64,000 bases of DNA, from assembly GCA_951406725.2 (NCBI GenBank), contig OX597833.1, positions 32,984,001-33,048,000 of the forward strand. Direction: 5' to 3'. Under the pieces are notes generated by a model, which was given only the letters and a program-made list of their open reading frames with translations, made no database searches and had not been told where the DNA came from. The translations under genes were made by a program, and so were the position numbers. Positions 53,136-64,000 of the stretch are shown one piece after another; positions within the stretch are counted from its first letter, which is position 1; every line of letters starts with the position of its first letter. Origin of the DNA: Octopus vulgaris. Its lineage: Eukaryota.

Positions 53136-53657
53136 GCATATATATATATATATTTTTAATATTATTTTACGACTGAATGCCACGCACCTATTTCCAAGTA
53201 AGTTTATCTTAATAGTTTTAATGCAACTCTACCCCGTACTGTTCTCTCTCTCACTCTTCTGTTTTCTCTCTTTCTTTCTCAAATTCCTTTTTTTCCCTTC
53301 TTCCCTTTTGTTTTTTCTCTCTCATCCTTGCGCATGGCACGTTGTAACTCAGTTGGACAACATGTCAGATTGACTCAAAGGGCCCTCAGAAAGGAATAAT
53401 TGATACTAAAACCAACAGTAAATATTATGTGTATTGCGTGCGATCGTATTCTGTTATCAAAAGCAGGATATGTGAAACATATGAAGTTACATAAAAATCG
53501 AAATGCCCAGGCAGGTAATAATCTTGAATACCAACCACCTCATACAACTTGTAAGACAATATCTGGACTTAAAAAAACATATGCTAGTTCACAAAAACAT
53601 TCTTTCAGAATCAGATTCCAAAGGGCAAAGGTGAAGAAGAAATTTGAATTGGTGTTG

Positions 53658-53925
53658 GTGGAGGCACATGGCCTAGTAGTTAGAGCAGCGGACCCGAGGT
53701 CGAGGGATCGCGGGTTCGAATCTCAGACCGGGTGATGTGTGTGTTTATGAGCGAAGCAGACGGTAATGGCGAACTTCTGCTGACTCTTTCGCCACAACTT
53801 TCTCTCACTCTTTCCTCCTGCATCTTGCAGCTCACCTGCGACGGACAGGCGTCCCGTCTATGTGGGGAACCTATACACCAAGGAAACCGGCCCTTATGAG
53901 CCAGGCGTGGCTCGAGAAGGAACAA
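53658..53925 (+). mobile_element. tRNA-derived SINE (family C)
   Basis: tggcctagtagttagagc (A box) and ggttcgaatctc (B box) followed by a non-tRNA body. Confidence 0.7.
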
Positions 53926-53929
53926 AGAA

Positions 53930-55600
53930 CAAAGTCTAGGGTTGCACAATTTCAAACCATTTTGCATGAGCAGTGTAAAAGAAATGAAAGAGGCAGTGGT
54001 ACACAAAGTGGGAGGGGAGGAAGAAGAAAGGCGAAATGTACATTTGGTGCAATGTAGTCAAAAGGTACAGTGCCTGAGATGAGAAGAATATGTGGCCAGT
54101 CGCAGAAACCCATGATAGGAACTTTGGGCATGGGAACAAGCAATAACATCCTTCCTGATCAAGTCTACCTTCGACGTTTTGCTTTCACCGGCCAATTTAG
54201 TCCGGTGGAACATACAAACGACTGATGAATATAGATGCGGAGAGAAAGCGACGGTGATACATGTTGTGTTAAACTGCAGGCTAGCACTAGACAGATATAT
54301 TCATGGCGTCACAATCAAGTTCTCGGTGTCATAAGCGCAGCATACAAGGAGAAAATCAAGGGATATAATAGAGGAGAGAACTCAAAAGTGGAAAAGCGCG
54401 GAAGGATATTCTTCCAGAAGGAGGGAAAAGAACATAACACCAGGCCTTTAAATAAAGTATACGAGACATACGAAAGACGGAAGGGATACTGGGAGCTGGC
54501 CGCGAATTTGGAAAGACTTAGTATTTCCACACATAAAAACAACAAAAAGACCGGACTTAATCCTATAGAACACAGAATAGAAAATTGGTATTTTGTTAGA
54601 GCTGACAGTGTCATGGGAAGAGAACATCGCTAATGCAGAACAGCAGAAGGAGAAGAGGTATGAGAGATTAATCAAAGAGTGTGGTGAACAGGGATGGACT
54701 GTCGAGTATTACCACCTGGCAGTTGGAACTAGAGGCTTCGGTAAAAGGAAAAGGTGACGTTATTTAAATGAATGTTTGCATTTTCGAGCTCAGAACTGAG
54801 AAAAGTGATAAGGAGGATACAGGGGGCGGTCGACAAAACCAGCTTCTCTATATGGTTGAAACGAGAAGACTCAAAATGGCTCGAAAGCCATAACATGCCG
54901 ACTGGGAAATAGCGTCGCTAGGTGAGGCTGGCTGGCACTTAAGCAGCATTGCTGATTGACAGGTGGACCAAGGTAGCGATCTCGTTCATTGCGCGCCCTC
55001 CTCCTGGTTCTAAGGCTTGTACCACCAAACAGCTGGTCGGCAATGGCTGCTGGAGCCGAAACTAGCACAACACTGTCGGAAGGTAGGTTTAGAGAGGGCG
55101 TGGGCCAAAACTATGCGTGCTTCCCCTCCACTGGTCAGTTGAAGTTTGGATAATGTCACGTGACAGTTAGCTGGAGCCTGCAAGCGAGTATTTAAAGGCA
55201 AATTTGGCAGGATGGTCATTCACCTGCTGACATTCGTTGAGCTGCATCGAAAAAGGCAAAGAACAAAAGGCCAAGGAAAAAGAAAAAAGAAAGATAAAAC
55301 TCACTCAACACCAGAGCTGAAGACACCCTCGAAAGTGTGGGACCTGCCACGTCGAAAACGGTAGAGTAGGGGCCGAACCCGGAGGTGATTCCTCTTGATG
55401 ATGTCTTAAGCCACTGGATCCTATGAGGAAGCTGTTGAGATAGCGAACCTTGAATCGTGTTTGGAATTCTTCCTCTGTAACTGTGTTTTAAACCCCGTCA
55501 GTCAGCAGCTGCTTTTAAAGTTCACCTGGTGGGTGGGGCTCATCAACGAACAGATTATTCTGTGTGATGAGATATGATGTGTGAGTTGATGGGACGGCTA
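53930..55600 (+). mobile_element. HERO-like RLE non-LTR retrotransposon, 3' part
   Basis: SFLIKSTFDVLLSPANLVRW, YSWRHNQVL, ELTVSWEEN...KEKRYERL...AVGTRGF; the 3' boundary is uncertain. Confidence 0.7.
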
Positions 55601-55626
55601 TCATTTGTCCAAGATGATACAATCAT

Positions 55627-55678
<52 letters not shown>

Positions 55679-55774
55679 CATAGGGGGAGAATTCACAAAA
55701 AAAAACAAAAGACGAAAACAGGTGGTGTAGACAACAAAGAGATGTATTAGTTTAACACTCGGGAAGTGAAAAAG

Positions 55775-56270
55775 TGTGTCCCTGGGAATGTCTTCGAACA
55801 CCCCCTTGATCTTGGCCACCAATCGGCTTTGATATTAGAAGGAGAGTGGTTGGTGCCTTCCTCATCCGTGTCCTACACATAGTAGTCCCTAGAATTAAAA
55901 TCAGAGAAATTAGAAGACCAGAAAATGGGATTGGTAATGTTGCAGAAATTCTCCGACAGCCACTTTTGACTCTTTTCGGAGGTATGCGATGGAGCCTAAT
56001 AACCTTCCAACAGCAACCCTGTCCATCAAGGGTTTTGATCAGAGTTACCAGCAGCTTCATATGGCCGTCTGAATTGAGCCTTTCTGAATTGATCCAGTTC
56101 GAAGATTTGTAGCGACGACGTTACTCCCACAAGAATACACCCAAAGTCCATCATAGTTTGGGAGAACTTGCTTCTCATGAAATGGAGGACACATCTTACA
56201 GCATTTACGGTGACCCAGAGCATCGAGCAAGTCATGAAGTCGGCATTTTGACACCGGTAGCAAATCTTTT
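55775..56270 (-). mobile_element. Tc1/mariner DD37D (maT-like) transposase fragment
   Basis: APSHTSEKSQKWLSENF...FWSSNFSDFNSRDYYV*, a decayed WPPNSPDxNPxDYYVW motif. Confidence 0.65.
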
Positions 56271-56349
56271 TACGGCTAGATCTTTTTCAAAATTCAGATA
56301 TTATTATTATTTATATTATATATAAATATATATTCTTTTTTTCTTTCTT

Positions 56350-56573
56350 CTATTCTTTTGTTCATTTCAGTCATTTGACTGTGGCCATGCTGGAACATCG
56401 CCTTTAGTCGAGCAAATTGATCCCAGGACTTATTCTTTGTAAGCCTAGTATTCATTCTATCATCACTTTTGCCGAACCGCTAAGTTACTGAGACGTGAAA
56501 ACACTAGCATCGGTTGTCGAGCGACATTGGGGGACAAACACAGACAAACAAACATATACATATATACGACGGG
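56350..56573 (-). mobile_element. 3' half of family-A SINE, split by the LINE insertion
   Basis: Ends ...atatatacgacggg; the sequence resumes at 60126 as tttcagtttctatctaccaaatcc. Confidence 0.7.
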
Positions 56574-56609
56574 ATTATTATCCCATATATACGACGGGAT
56601 TATTATCCC

Positions 56610-59600
56610 ATTCCGATCGACCCCACAGGCCGACATAAGTCCGATGGCTATGAAACCACCCTTTCGAAATCTTCCAATGAAGAATCGAATACCGCAGCTC
56701 ATAGTAGAGAACATTTTGCCCACTCAAGATCAGCAATAATTTATGGTAAAGCTGAATCCACCTGTGATACAGGCATAAACCGCCTAAAAGATGACATTAA
56801 TTTTGTTTCCATTTTGGTTGGAGAAAATGTCATTGTCCATAAGGTCGCTCGGCTAGGAAGATTCCAGGCGAACCCAACCTCAGATACTAGACCACGCCCA
56901 ATAAGGGTAATCTTTTCCTCCGATCGGGAGGCTTCAGTCTTTCTGAACAGAGCTCAGACGCATGCCTGGGAGGACCCCAATATGGGTTTTCGCGAGGAAT
57001 ACTCACTAAGAGAGAGAATTCGTCGGAGAAACCTAATATCCGAACTAAAGATGAGGAAACAAATGGGAGAGAAGGGTTTACGAATCCAAGATGGGCAGAT
57101 AATCAAGTCCTACCTCTGGTCCCATGCTGTAGTGCTGACAGGGAAAGTCATGTGAGGGCAAATCGAAGTGAAGTCGATACCCCCGTCAACGATGCTATCT
57201 CTGATACCCCTTATTCTGCTTGTTCCCCAACTTCCGCCCCTCAGACTTCACAGCTCAGCATAGTCTACACCAACTCGTGCTCCTTATTCCCAAAGTTCAG
57301 TGAACTATTTACACTGGCCATACGTGACTCCCCTGATGTGATAGCTATCACCGAGACTTGGCTGACTCCAGCAGTAAAGGACTCAGAAATCCACCTGCAG
57401 GGTTACGTCCTTTTCAGATGTGACAGAGGAAAAAGGCGAGGTGGAGGTGTTTCTGTGTATGTTAAGTCTGAGCACAAACCGTCCAGCAGTATTCTACCCA
57501 CTAATGCTCAACCTACAACAAAATTCGATGCCGTCTATTGCAAGCTGAGCCTATCTGAGTTTTGCCTGCCCGTGTTGGCTGTCTACAGGCCGCCTCTTGC
57601 CGACCCCCAGGACGATGCTCATTTACTCGAAGCGATAAGATTCGTTTCAGCTTCGCATGACTGTTTGGTACTAGGAGACTTCAACGCTCCCACGATCGAT
57701 TGGCCCGCATCAATTTGTACAACATCTTCCCGGTTTGGCCAGGCCCTTCTTGACGTGGCTGAAGATTGTTTTCTATCGCAACATGTTGAATATCCGACAA
57801 GGCATCGGTCTGGGCAGCAGCCATCTATGCTGGATCTGGTATTCTCCCGCTATCCAAGATCAGTGTCAGACGTATCTGTGTGCGCCCCTCTTGCCAAGAG
57901 TGATCATGCGGTCCTGAAGTTCGTCATGCACACAACTTTTTCTACGCCCACGACTACTTCGTTGCCACGTAGAGTCTTCTCTGCAATTAATCTTGAAATT
58001 CTAACCGAGGCTTCCGCGCTTCTGGACTGGCGATCCCTGATGACGTTGTCCTCAGTTGACGAACTATGGTCATCCCTCAAAGCATATGTAATCTGTTTGA
58101 CTGACCAGGCAGTTCCCGTTGGGCTTCCCAAGAGGAAGAAACACAAGCCCTGGGTGACGAAGAAGGTTAAACGAGAACGTCGACTCAGAGATATTGCTTG
58201 GGCTGAATTCAAAAATCTGGATTCGACTGCAGCTTTTGAGGTGTACAAAACTCAACGAGACCGAGCCGTGAAAATTGAAAAGAAAGAACGCTTCAATTAT
58301 GAATACAAAATCGCGGCAAATGCCAGTAGCAATCCAAAAACCTTCTTTGCCCATGTCCAGCGGAATTCCCGCTTGAACAACCAGATTGCAACGTTGGTAG
58401 ACTCAACAGGCGTATCGATTGAGGACCCTTATCAACAGAGTCAATTATTTGCCGAGGCTTTTTCAACTATTTTCAAACAAGATGATGGTCGTGAACCCCC
58501 TCCATTTGATAGATCGGTACCTCCAATGCTTCGATTGGTCATCACGCGGGACGAAGTCAAACGTGTTATTCAAGGCCTCGATGTCAACAAGGGTCACGGC
58601 CCTGACGGCATACACCCACGGGTTATCAAAGCGTTGGCTCCGGTCATCTGCGAGCCCTTAACACGACTATTCAATATGTCATTGGCGACGGGTGTTATAC
58701 CTACAGACTGGAGAACAGCGATAATCTGCCCAATTTTCAAGAAAGGGAGCCGCGAAGACCCGCTTAACTACCGACCGGTTTCCCTTACATCAATAATCAG
58801 CAAGATGTTCGAAACCATCCTTAAGAAAAGTATGATGCTCCACCTCCTAAACACAGCCTCTATCTCTGATTCCCAATACGGCTTCGTGCCGAAGAGATCA
58901 TGCTTGACCAACTTACTAGTAATGGAAGAATTGGTGACGCGCATCCTCGATGATAGTGATGCTGTTGACATCGTTTTATTGGACTTTGCCAAAGCTTTCG
59001 ACTCGGTAAACCACCGCCTATTACTTGTCAAGCTTCAAGCATATAGTTTCCATCCGGATATTGTACGATGAGTTGGTGCCTTCTTCTCAGATCGCTCCTT
59101 CCAAGTCCAAGTTAATGGTTCGCGGTCCGACGTCTCCAGTGCGAGCAGTGGCGTGCCTCAAGGTTCAGTGCTTGGGCCCTTGTTGTTCTTAGTCTTCATA
59201 AATGACTTGCCCGACGACCTCACGCAACACACCCTTCTATTTGCCGACGATATCAAACTGGTCGCTCCTCGCGGTAATATAGAGGATCTTCGTCGATGCC
59301 TCCACCAAATTTGGAAGTGGTCTAACGATTGGGACCTGTGTCTGAACGTGTCAAAGTGCTGTCATCTGCCTGTCGGCTCTACTCCTGCAACTCAACTTGA
59401 TTTCGAGCCGGGTCGTCTGCTGCTGGAGAGGACCGATCAGGTAAAGGACCTGGGTATCTTGGTGGATTCCTCCTTTTCGCCTTCGGCCCAGTGCGTCCAT
59501 GCTGCCAACAAAGCACGCGGAATTCTGTTCTTGATTCGACGGTCATTCGGAATGCTCACGACAGCCATATTCCTACCACTCTATGTCACGCTGGTGAGAC

Positions 59601-60123
59601 CCATATTGGAGTATGGGATTCAAGCCTCTTCTCCTTATCTCCTCAAAGACATACAGCATCTCGAAAGAGTCCAGAAGCTGGCTACCCGCATGGTTCATGG
59701 TCTCAAAAATTTGTCCTACGAAGAAAGGCTGAGGACGCTCGACCTTTATTCTCTTGAAAAACGCCGCCGCCGTGGTGATCTCATTCTCGCCCACAACATC
59801 ATAAGCGGAAAGTGTAACCTCTCGAAAGAGCTGTTCTTCACTCCTGCTCCAGAGCGTCGGCTGCGGGGTCATTCCGAAAAGCTCTACCTGCGACGATTTC
59901 ATCTCAATCGAAGGAGAGGAGCTTTCTCCGTCCGGGTTGCGGATCCGTGGAACAAGCTGCCAGACGAGATGGTGAAGATGCCGACGACCGCTTTGTTCAA
60001 AGCCTCCCTGGACCTCAAGTGGCCTGAACTCTTTACATGAACACCACCCTGTACTTAACTCCATGTCCCCCTACATGGCCTTGCTATTTGCTTTTGAGCC
60101 AAATTAACTAACTAACTAACTAA
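56610..60123 (+). mobile_element. Young CR1-group LINE (partial ORF1, ORF2 APE-RT, (TAAC)n tail)
   Basis: ORF1 part to 57155 (RLGRF...RPRPIRVIF). ORF2 57152-60040 is in one frame with a single TGA at 59069-59071; ITETWL, LGDFNAP, SDH, NYRPVSLTS, LDFAKAFDSV, PQGSVLGP, FADD. Confidence 0.95.
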
Positions 60124-60124
60124 C

Positions 60125-60271
60125 ATTTCAGTTTCTATCTACCAAATCCACTCACAAAGCTTTGGTCGGTCCGAGGCTATAGTAGCAGACACTTGCCCAA
60201 GGCGCCACACAGTGGGACTGAACCCGGAACAATATGGTTGGTAAGCAAGCTACTTTCCACACAGCCACTCC

Positions 60272-60275
<4 letters not shown>
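60125..60275 (-). mobile_element. 5' half of family-A SINE
   Basis: Reverse complement of the 452-600 head. Confidence 0.75.
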
Positions 60276-60319
<44 letters not shown>

Positions 60320-60328
60320 CATATACAA

Positions 60329-60376
<48 letters not shown>

Positions 60377-60438
60377 GTGTGTGTATGTATGTAGTTATAT
60401 ATATATATTTATGTATGTAGATATATATATATATATAT

Positions 60439-60492
<54 letters not shown>

Positions 60493-60539
60493 CTTTTAAT
60501 GATACAGAGTATGGAGAATGGTACATCTTCAAAATCTAA

Positions 60540-61330
60540 TTATGCTGTATGAAATTGTTCATACAGCATACTTCTAGGTTATGACGACCTACACGTCTTT
60601 CCTCTGCATAGAATATGAACAGTTGCACATAGAACCTGGCATAATTGTATACACACTCACACACATACACATTCACACACTTATATATGTACACGCATAT
60701 ATTTTGGAATGTTCTGCAGATTGCTATATTTTAAAGAAAGACATTTATAGATATCCCATTTGTAGTCACCCACAATCCTAGGAATCACAACAACCTATAT
60801 TCAGCCAAACGATACTTCTCACCTCCACATCAATCATCAAATGTCTAACAAATTATTAAAATATCAGAAGTCATCAACAGCCAAAGACAACCACCAAATC
60901 TCAAGAGACTTCTAACAAAAGCATCAGAAAAAGAATTAGTACAATAACAAATTGTAGAGACATTTGATGTGAAATAAGTGAGCAAGGAACGACTAAAAGA
61001 TTTAAGGATGGGAAGGAATTAAAAATGAATGCCAACATGAATTGCAAAACAAAAAATCTCCTTTCCTGCGTCATATACACAATGTGCAATGAGTATTGCT
61101 ATGGACGAACAGTGACAAAACTAACCAGTCATGTAAACATGCATAAAGAACAAATCATGTAAACATGCATAAAGAACAAGTCAACATCTAGATATTTTCG
61201 CAAATGGAGAATTTTAAACAGTCTCCTTTTACAAAATAAAAGACACAAATGATAAACGACGAAAGTTAACAGAAAATACTTTATGAGAATTCTAAATTCA
61301 AAACTATACCGGAAATAGCCAATAATTTCG
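60540..61330 (+). mobile_element. Penelope-like GIY-YIG region remnant
   Basis: RQPPNLKRLLTK, NMNCKTKNL and CNEYCYGRT-like motifs. Confidence 0.6.
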
Positions 61331-61470
61331 AATATGAAATATAAGATGAAAAAGAGCATCCACGAACAACACAAAAAATACACACACATACACATATATA
61401 CGTGTATATATATGTGTGTGTATATGTGTGTGTATATATACACACACACACACACACATACGCACACGTA

Positions 61471-61506
<36 letters not shown>

Positions 61507-61758
61507 ATTAAATAAGGATAGAAATTGATATTAATCAATTAAAACCAGTGGCTAGCATATTTAAAAAAATCCGAAGAATAAAAATTGTTTTACATACAAA
61601 ATTTAGAGGACTGACCAATAAAAGTGGACAGCCTATATGCTAAACATAGACGTCAAATCGCCATTACCACGAAAAGTGTGTTCTCAAGAAAGATCTCAGC
61701 AAAAAAAAAAATGTAAAAAGAAAGACAAATGAAAATATACGGAATAAAAAGCGATTAC

Positions 61759-61833
61759 CTATGTAGCAATTGGTTTCACTTGTTAATATTTACGTATATG
61801 GACACGCAAACATCTGCAAGATCATCAGCATAG
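61759..61833 (-). ncRNA. Hammerhead motif, slightly degenerate
   Basis: Minus strand: ctatg CTGATGA tcttg...caagt GAAAC caattg CTA catag. Stem I has 5 bp; there are mismatches at the bases of stems II and III. Confidence 0.55.
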
Positions 61834-62519
61834 TCTATCGTTTACAAAGTATAACTTTTAGAACTAGATACAGAACGCTCAACCGAAATCCAGCAAGTAT
61901 AAAGTTCTACAATTCATATTTAAGTGTATCTTTCAAATGTCTTCACTTTGGCGCGCTGAGATCGGAAACTACTCTGCAGTTATTTTTTGTTCTGTAACTG
62001 GTAAATTGTTCTCTGTAAAATGTAAAAACCGGTAAAATGTTCTCTAACCGGTAAATTGACTGCTGTAGTTTATCAACTGCAGAGTATAGATGTCATATGA
62101 CCAGCGTTCTGTTTTAATCTTGCTTTTCGTTTGGATGTTGACACTAGTTGTATATTTGTATAGTGTTAACATTTTTAGAGCACTAAATCACTGAGTACTT
62201 TGAAAGAAAATATTTCATCGAGATTGCTATAGGCTGAAAGGCTGAAATACGTTGTTGTGATTTCCCAGACAGAAAGGCTACAAAGTAAAAGACTTCTTGT
62301 AGAGTCTGATGAGTTGGAATCAGTGCATGCATCGCGGGCAAACCAGCTTCTAATGTTGATGGGAGAGGAAGAGAAAAAAATGAATCTGTAAAGACATGCT
62401 ATAACCAGTTTCAGTACATATGCATTTAGAAATATTACAGCAAGCAGTGACAGCAAAATTTAGTGAAATAGAAACAAACGGCGGATTGTTTTAACTTATT
62501 GTATTGTACTGTTCTAAAT

Positions 62520-62577
<58 letters not shown>

Positions 62578-62581
<4 letters not shown>

Positions 62582-63295
62582 CTTATAAATAAGGGCAAAC
62601 GAAAAAAAAATTCTAATGCCAAATATGCCGAAATTAGACACCTTATCCATAACCATATAATTTTTCACAATACGCACGCTACTCAAAAAAGGTCGACAGA
62701 AATTTCTAAAAACTTCCATTATTACCATATGGGACCGATTTCAGAGTTAGTTCATAAGAACCCTCCCTTCGTCAGTGATAAATGTGGCAAAGAAATAAAT
62801 GAGATACTTAATCATACCCATGGAAGAAGCAAACATGAGCACAATTAAGTACCCCAAATATATCCAAAATAGAAATTCTCCAGCCCATTTGAGACACGTG
62901 CGATTTGAAATTATTTATAAGTTGTTTATAAATTTAACCTTTAAAGGTATTTTTTAATATGCTGGCTATTGATAAATTTTTTTTCCGAAAAAATTTTTTA
63001 TTCTACATTAAATATAAATTTAATAGTGTTCACTTCCGGACTCTCTCACTCTGTGAGAGCCTCAGTTCAAATCGCACGTGTCTCAAATGGGCTGGAGAAT
63101 TTTAGAAATTTCTGTCGACCTTTTTTGAGTAGCGTGCGTATTTGAAAAATTATATGGTAATGGATAAGGTGTCTAATTTCGGTATATTTGGCATTAGAAA
63201 TTTTTTTTCGTTTGCCCTTATTTATAAGTTGTTTATAAATTCAACCTTTGAAGGTATTTTTTAATATGCTGGCCATTATCCTACATTCAATATAA
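62578..63295. repeat. Nested inverted and direct repeat complex (Penelope-type)
   Basis: 62578-62712 is inverse to 63100-63231; 62873-62908 is inverse to 63066-63102; 62911-62970 is repeated at 63220-63278. Confidence 0.75.
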
Positions 63296-63344
63296 AATTA
63301 TTTATATATATATATATGCATATATGTATGTACTTAAGAGAGAA

Positions 63345-63387
<43 letters not shown>

Positions 63388-63456
63388 AAGCTTCTAACAT
63401 TGTTAAGAGAAAAATATATTACAGAAATATTATAATTTAATCATGGTAAAATAGGG

Positions 63457-63665
63457 AACTGGCAGTATCGTAAGCACGATGGACGAGACGCTTAACATTA
63501 TTTCATTCGTCCTTACGTTCTACATTCAAATTCCGCCGACCTCGACTTTGTCTTTCATTCTTTCTGGGTCGATGAAATAAGTACCAGTTGAGCTCTGGGT
63601 TTGATTTAATCGATATACCTTCGCCCTGAACCTGTTGTCTATTTTGCCAAAATTTGAAACCATTA
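63457..63665 (+). mobile_element. tRNA-derived SINE (family B)
   Basis: Homologous to 14905-15122. Confidence 0.7.
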
Positions 63666-64000
63666 TTATAAACAATCTCTGTATCTCTGTCTGTGCGTGT
63701 GTCTCTGTAACAATATTACAATACATTTGCAGTTCCAGATTTCAACGTTGAAGTAGATTAACTAAGAAAAAGACAACTGACCAAATCATAAGAAGATTAT
63801 ATGTATGAAGTTGAATATCGCAAAGAAAAGAATCCTATGAATGTAAACGAAAGGAAAGGGAAAGAAAGCATGAAGTTTTTAATAATACAATAACGTCGTA
63901 TTTATTACGATTGCTATTTTCCAGTAAATATCGGTGCCTCGTTGTACCATTTATTTACTTTTATATGTATATATATATAGTATATATATATATATATATA

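Noticed and set aside
53400-53600. C2H2 zinc-finger-like ORF (CIACDRILLSKAGYVKHMKLH)
   Set aside because: Isolated, degenerate and among LINE remnants; probably a retroelement zinc finger rather than a host gene.
53658-53732. tRNA-like sequence
   Set aside because: Has A/B boxes but no clean acceptor stem and continues into a SINE body.

Overview
AT-rich, microsatellite-dense eukaryotic DNA. The SINE families, (AT)n/(GATA)n/(TACA)n tracts and repeat mix are most consistent with an Octopus (coleoid cephalopod) genome; this is inference, not a database result. Most ORF-track entries are microsatellite artefacts. Two host genes are supported, both on the minus strand. (1) An 8-exon gene rebuilt by hand (TATA 31803-31796, non-coding exon 1, seven coding exons 30683->20848, AATAAA 20806-20801). 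It encodes a 278-aa secreted, predicted all-helical protein with no Cys after the signal peptide: an acidic Met-rich N-domain, a KR site, then a His-striped 108-aa C-domain. I cannot assign it to a family. (2) A galactose-3-O-sulfotransferase (GAL3ST-family) catalytic exon at 41179-42322, with a scrambled paralog fragment just downstream. The rest is transposon-derived: several Penelope-like elements whose repeats carry hammerhead-ribozyme motifs (three with intact catalytic cores and long stem II), a near-intact CR1-group LINE inserted in a SINE, a full-length Tx1-like LINE between (GATA)n tracts, R4/Dong-, HERO- and RTE-like remnants, Tc1/mariner elements (DD34E, DD41D, DD37D-like), non-autonomous Helitrons and tRNA-derived SINEs. 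Repeat boundaries are approximate unless termini are quoted.
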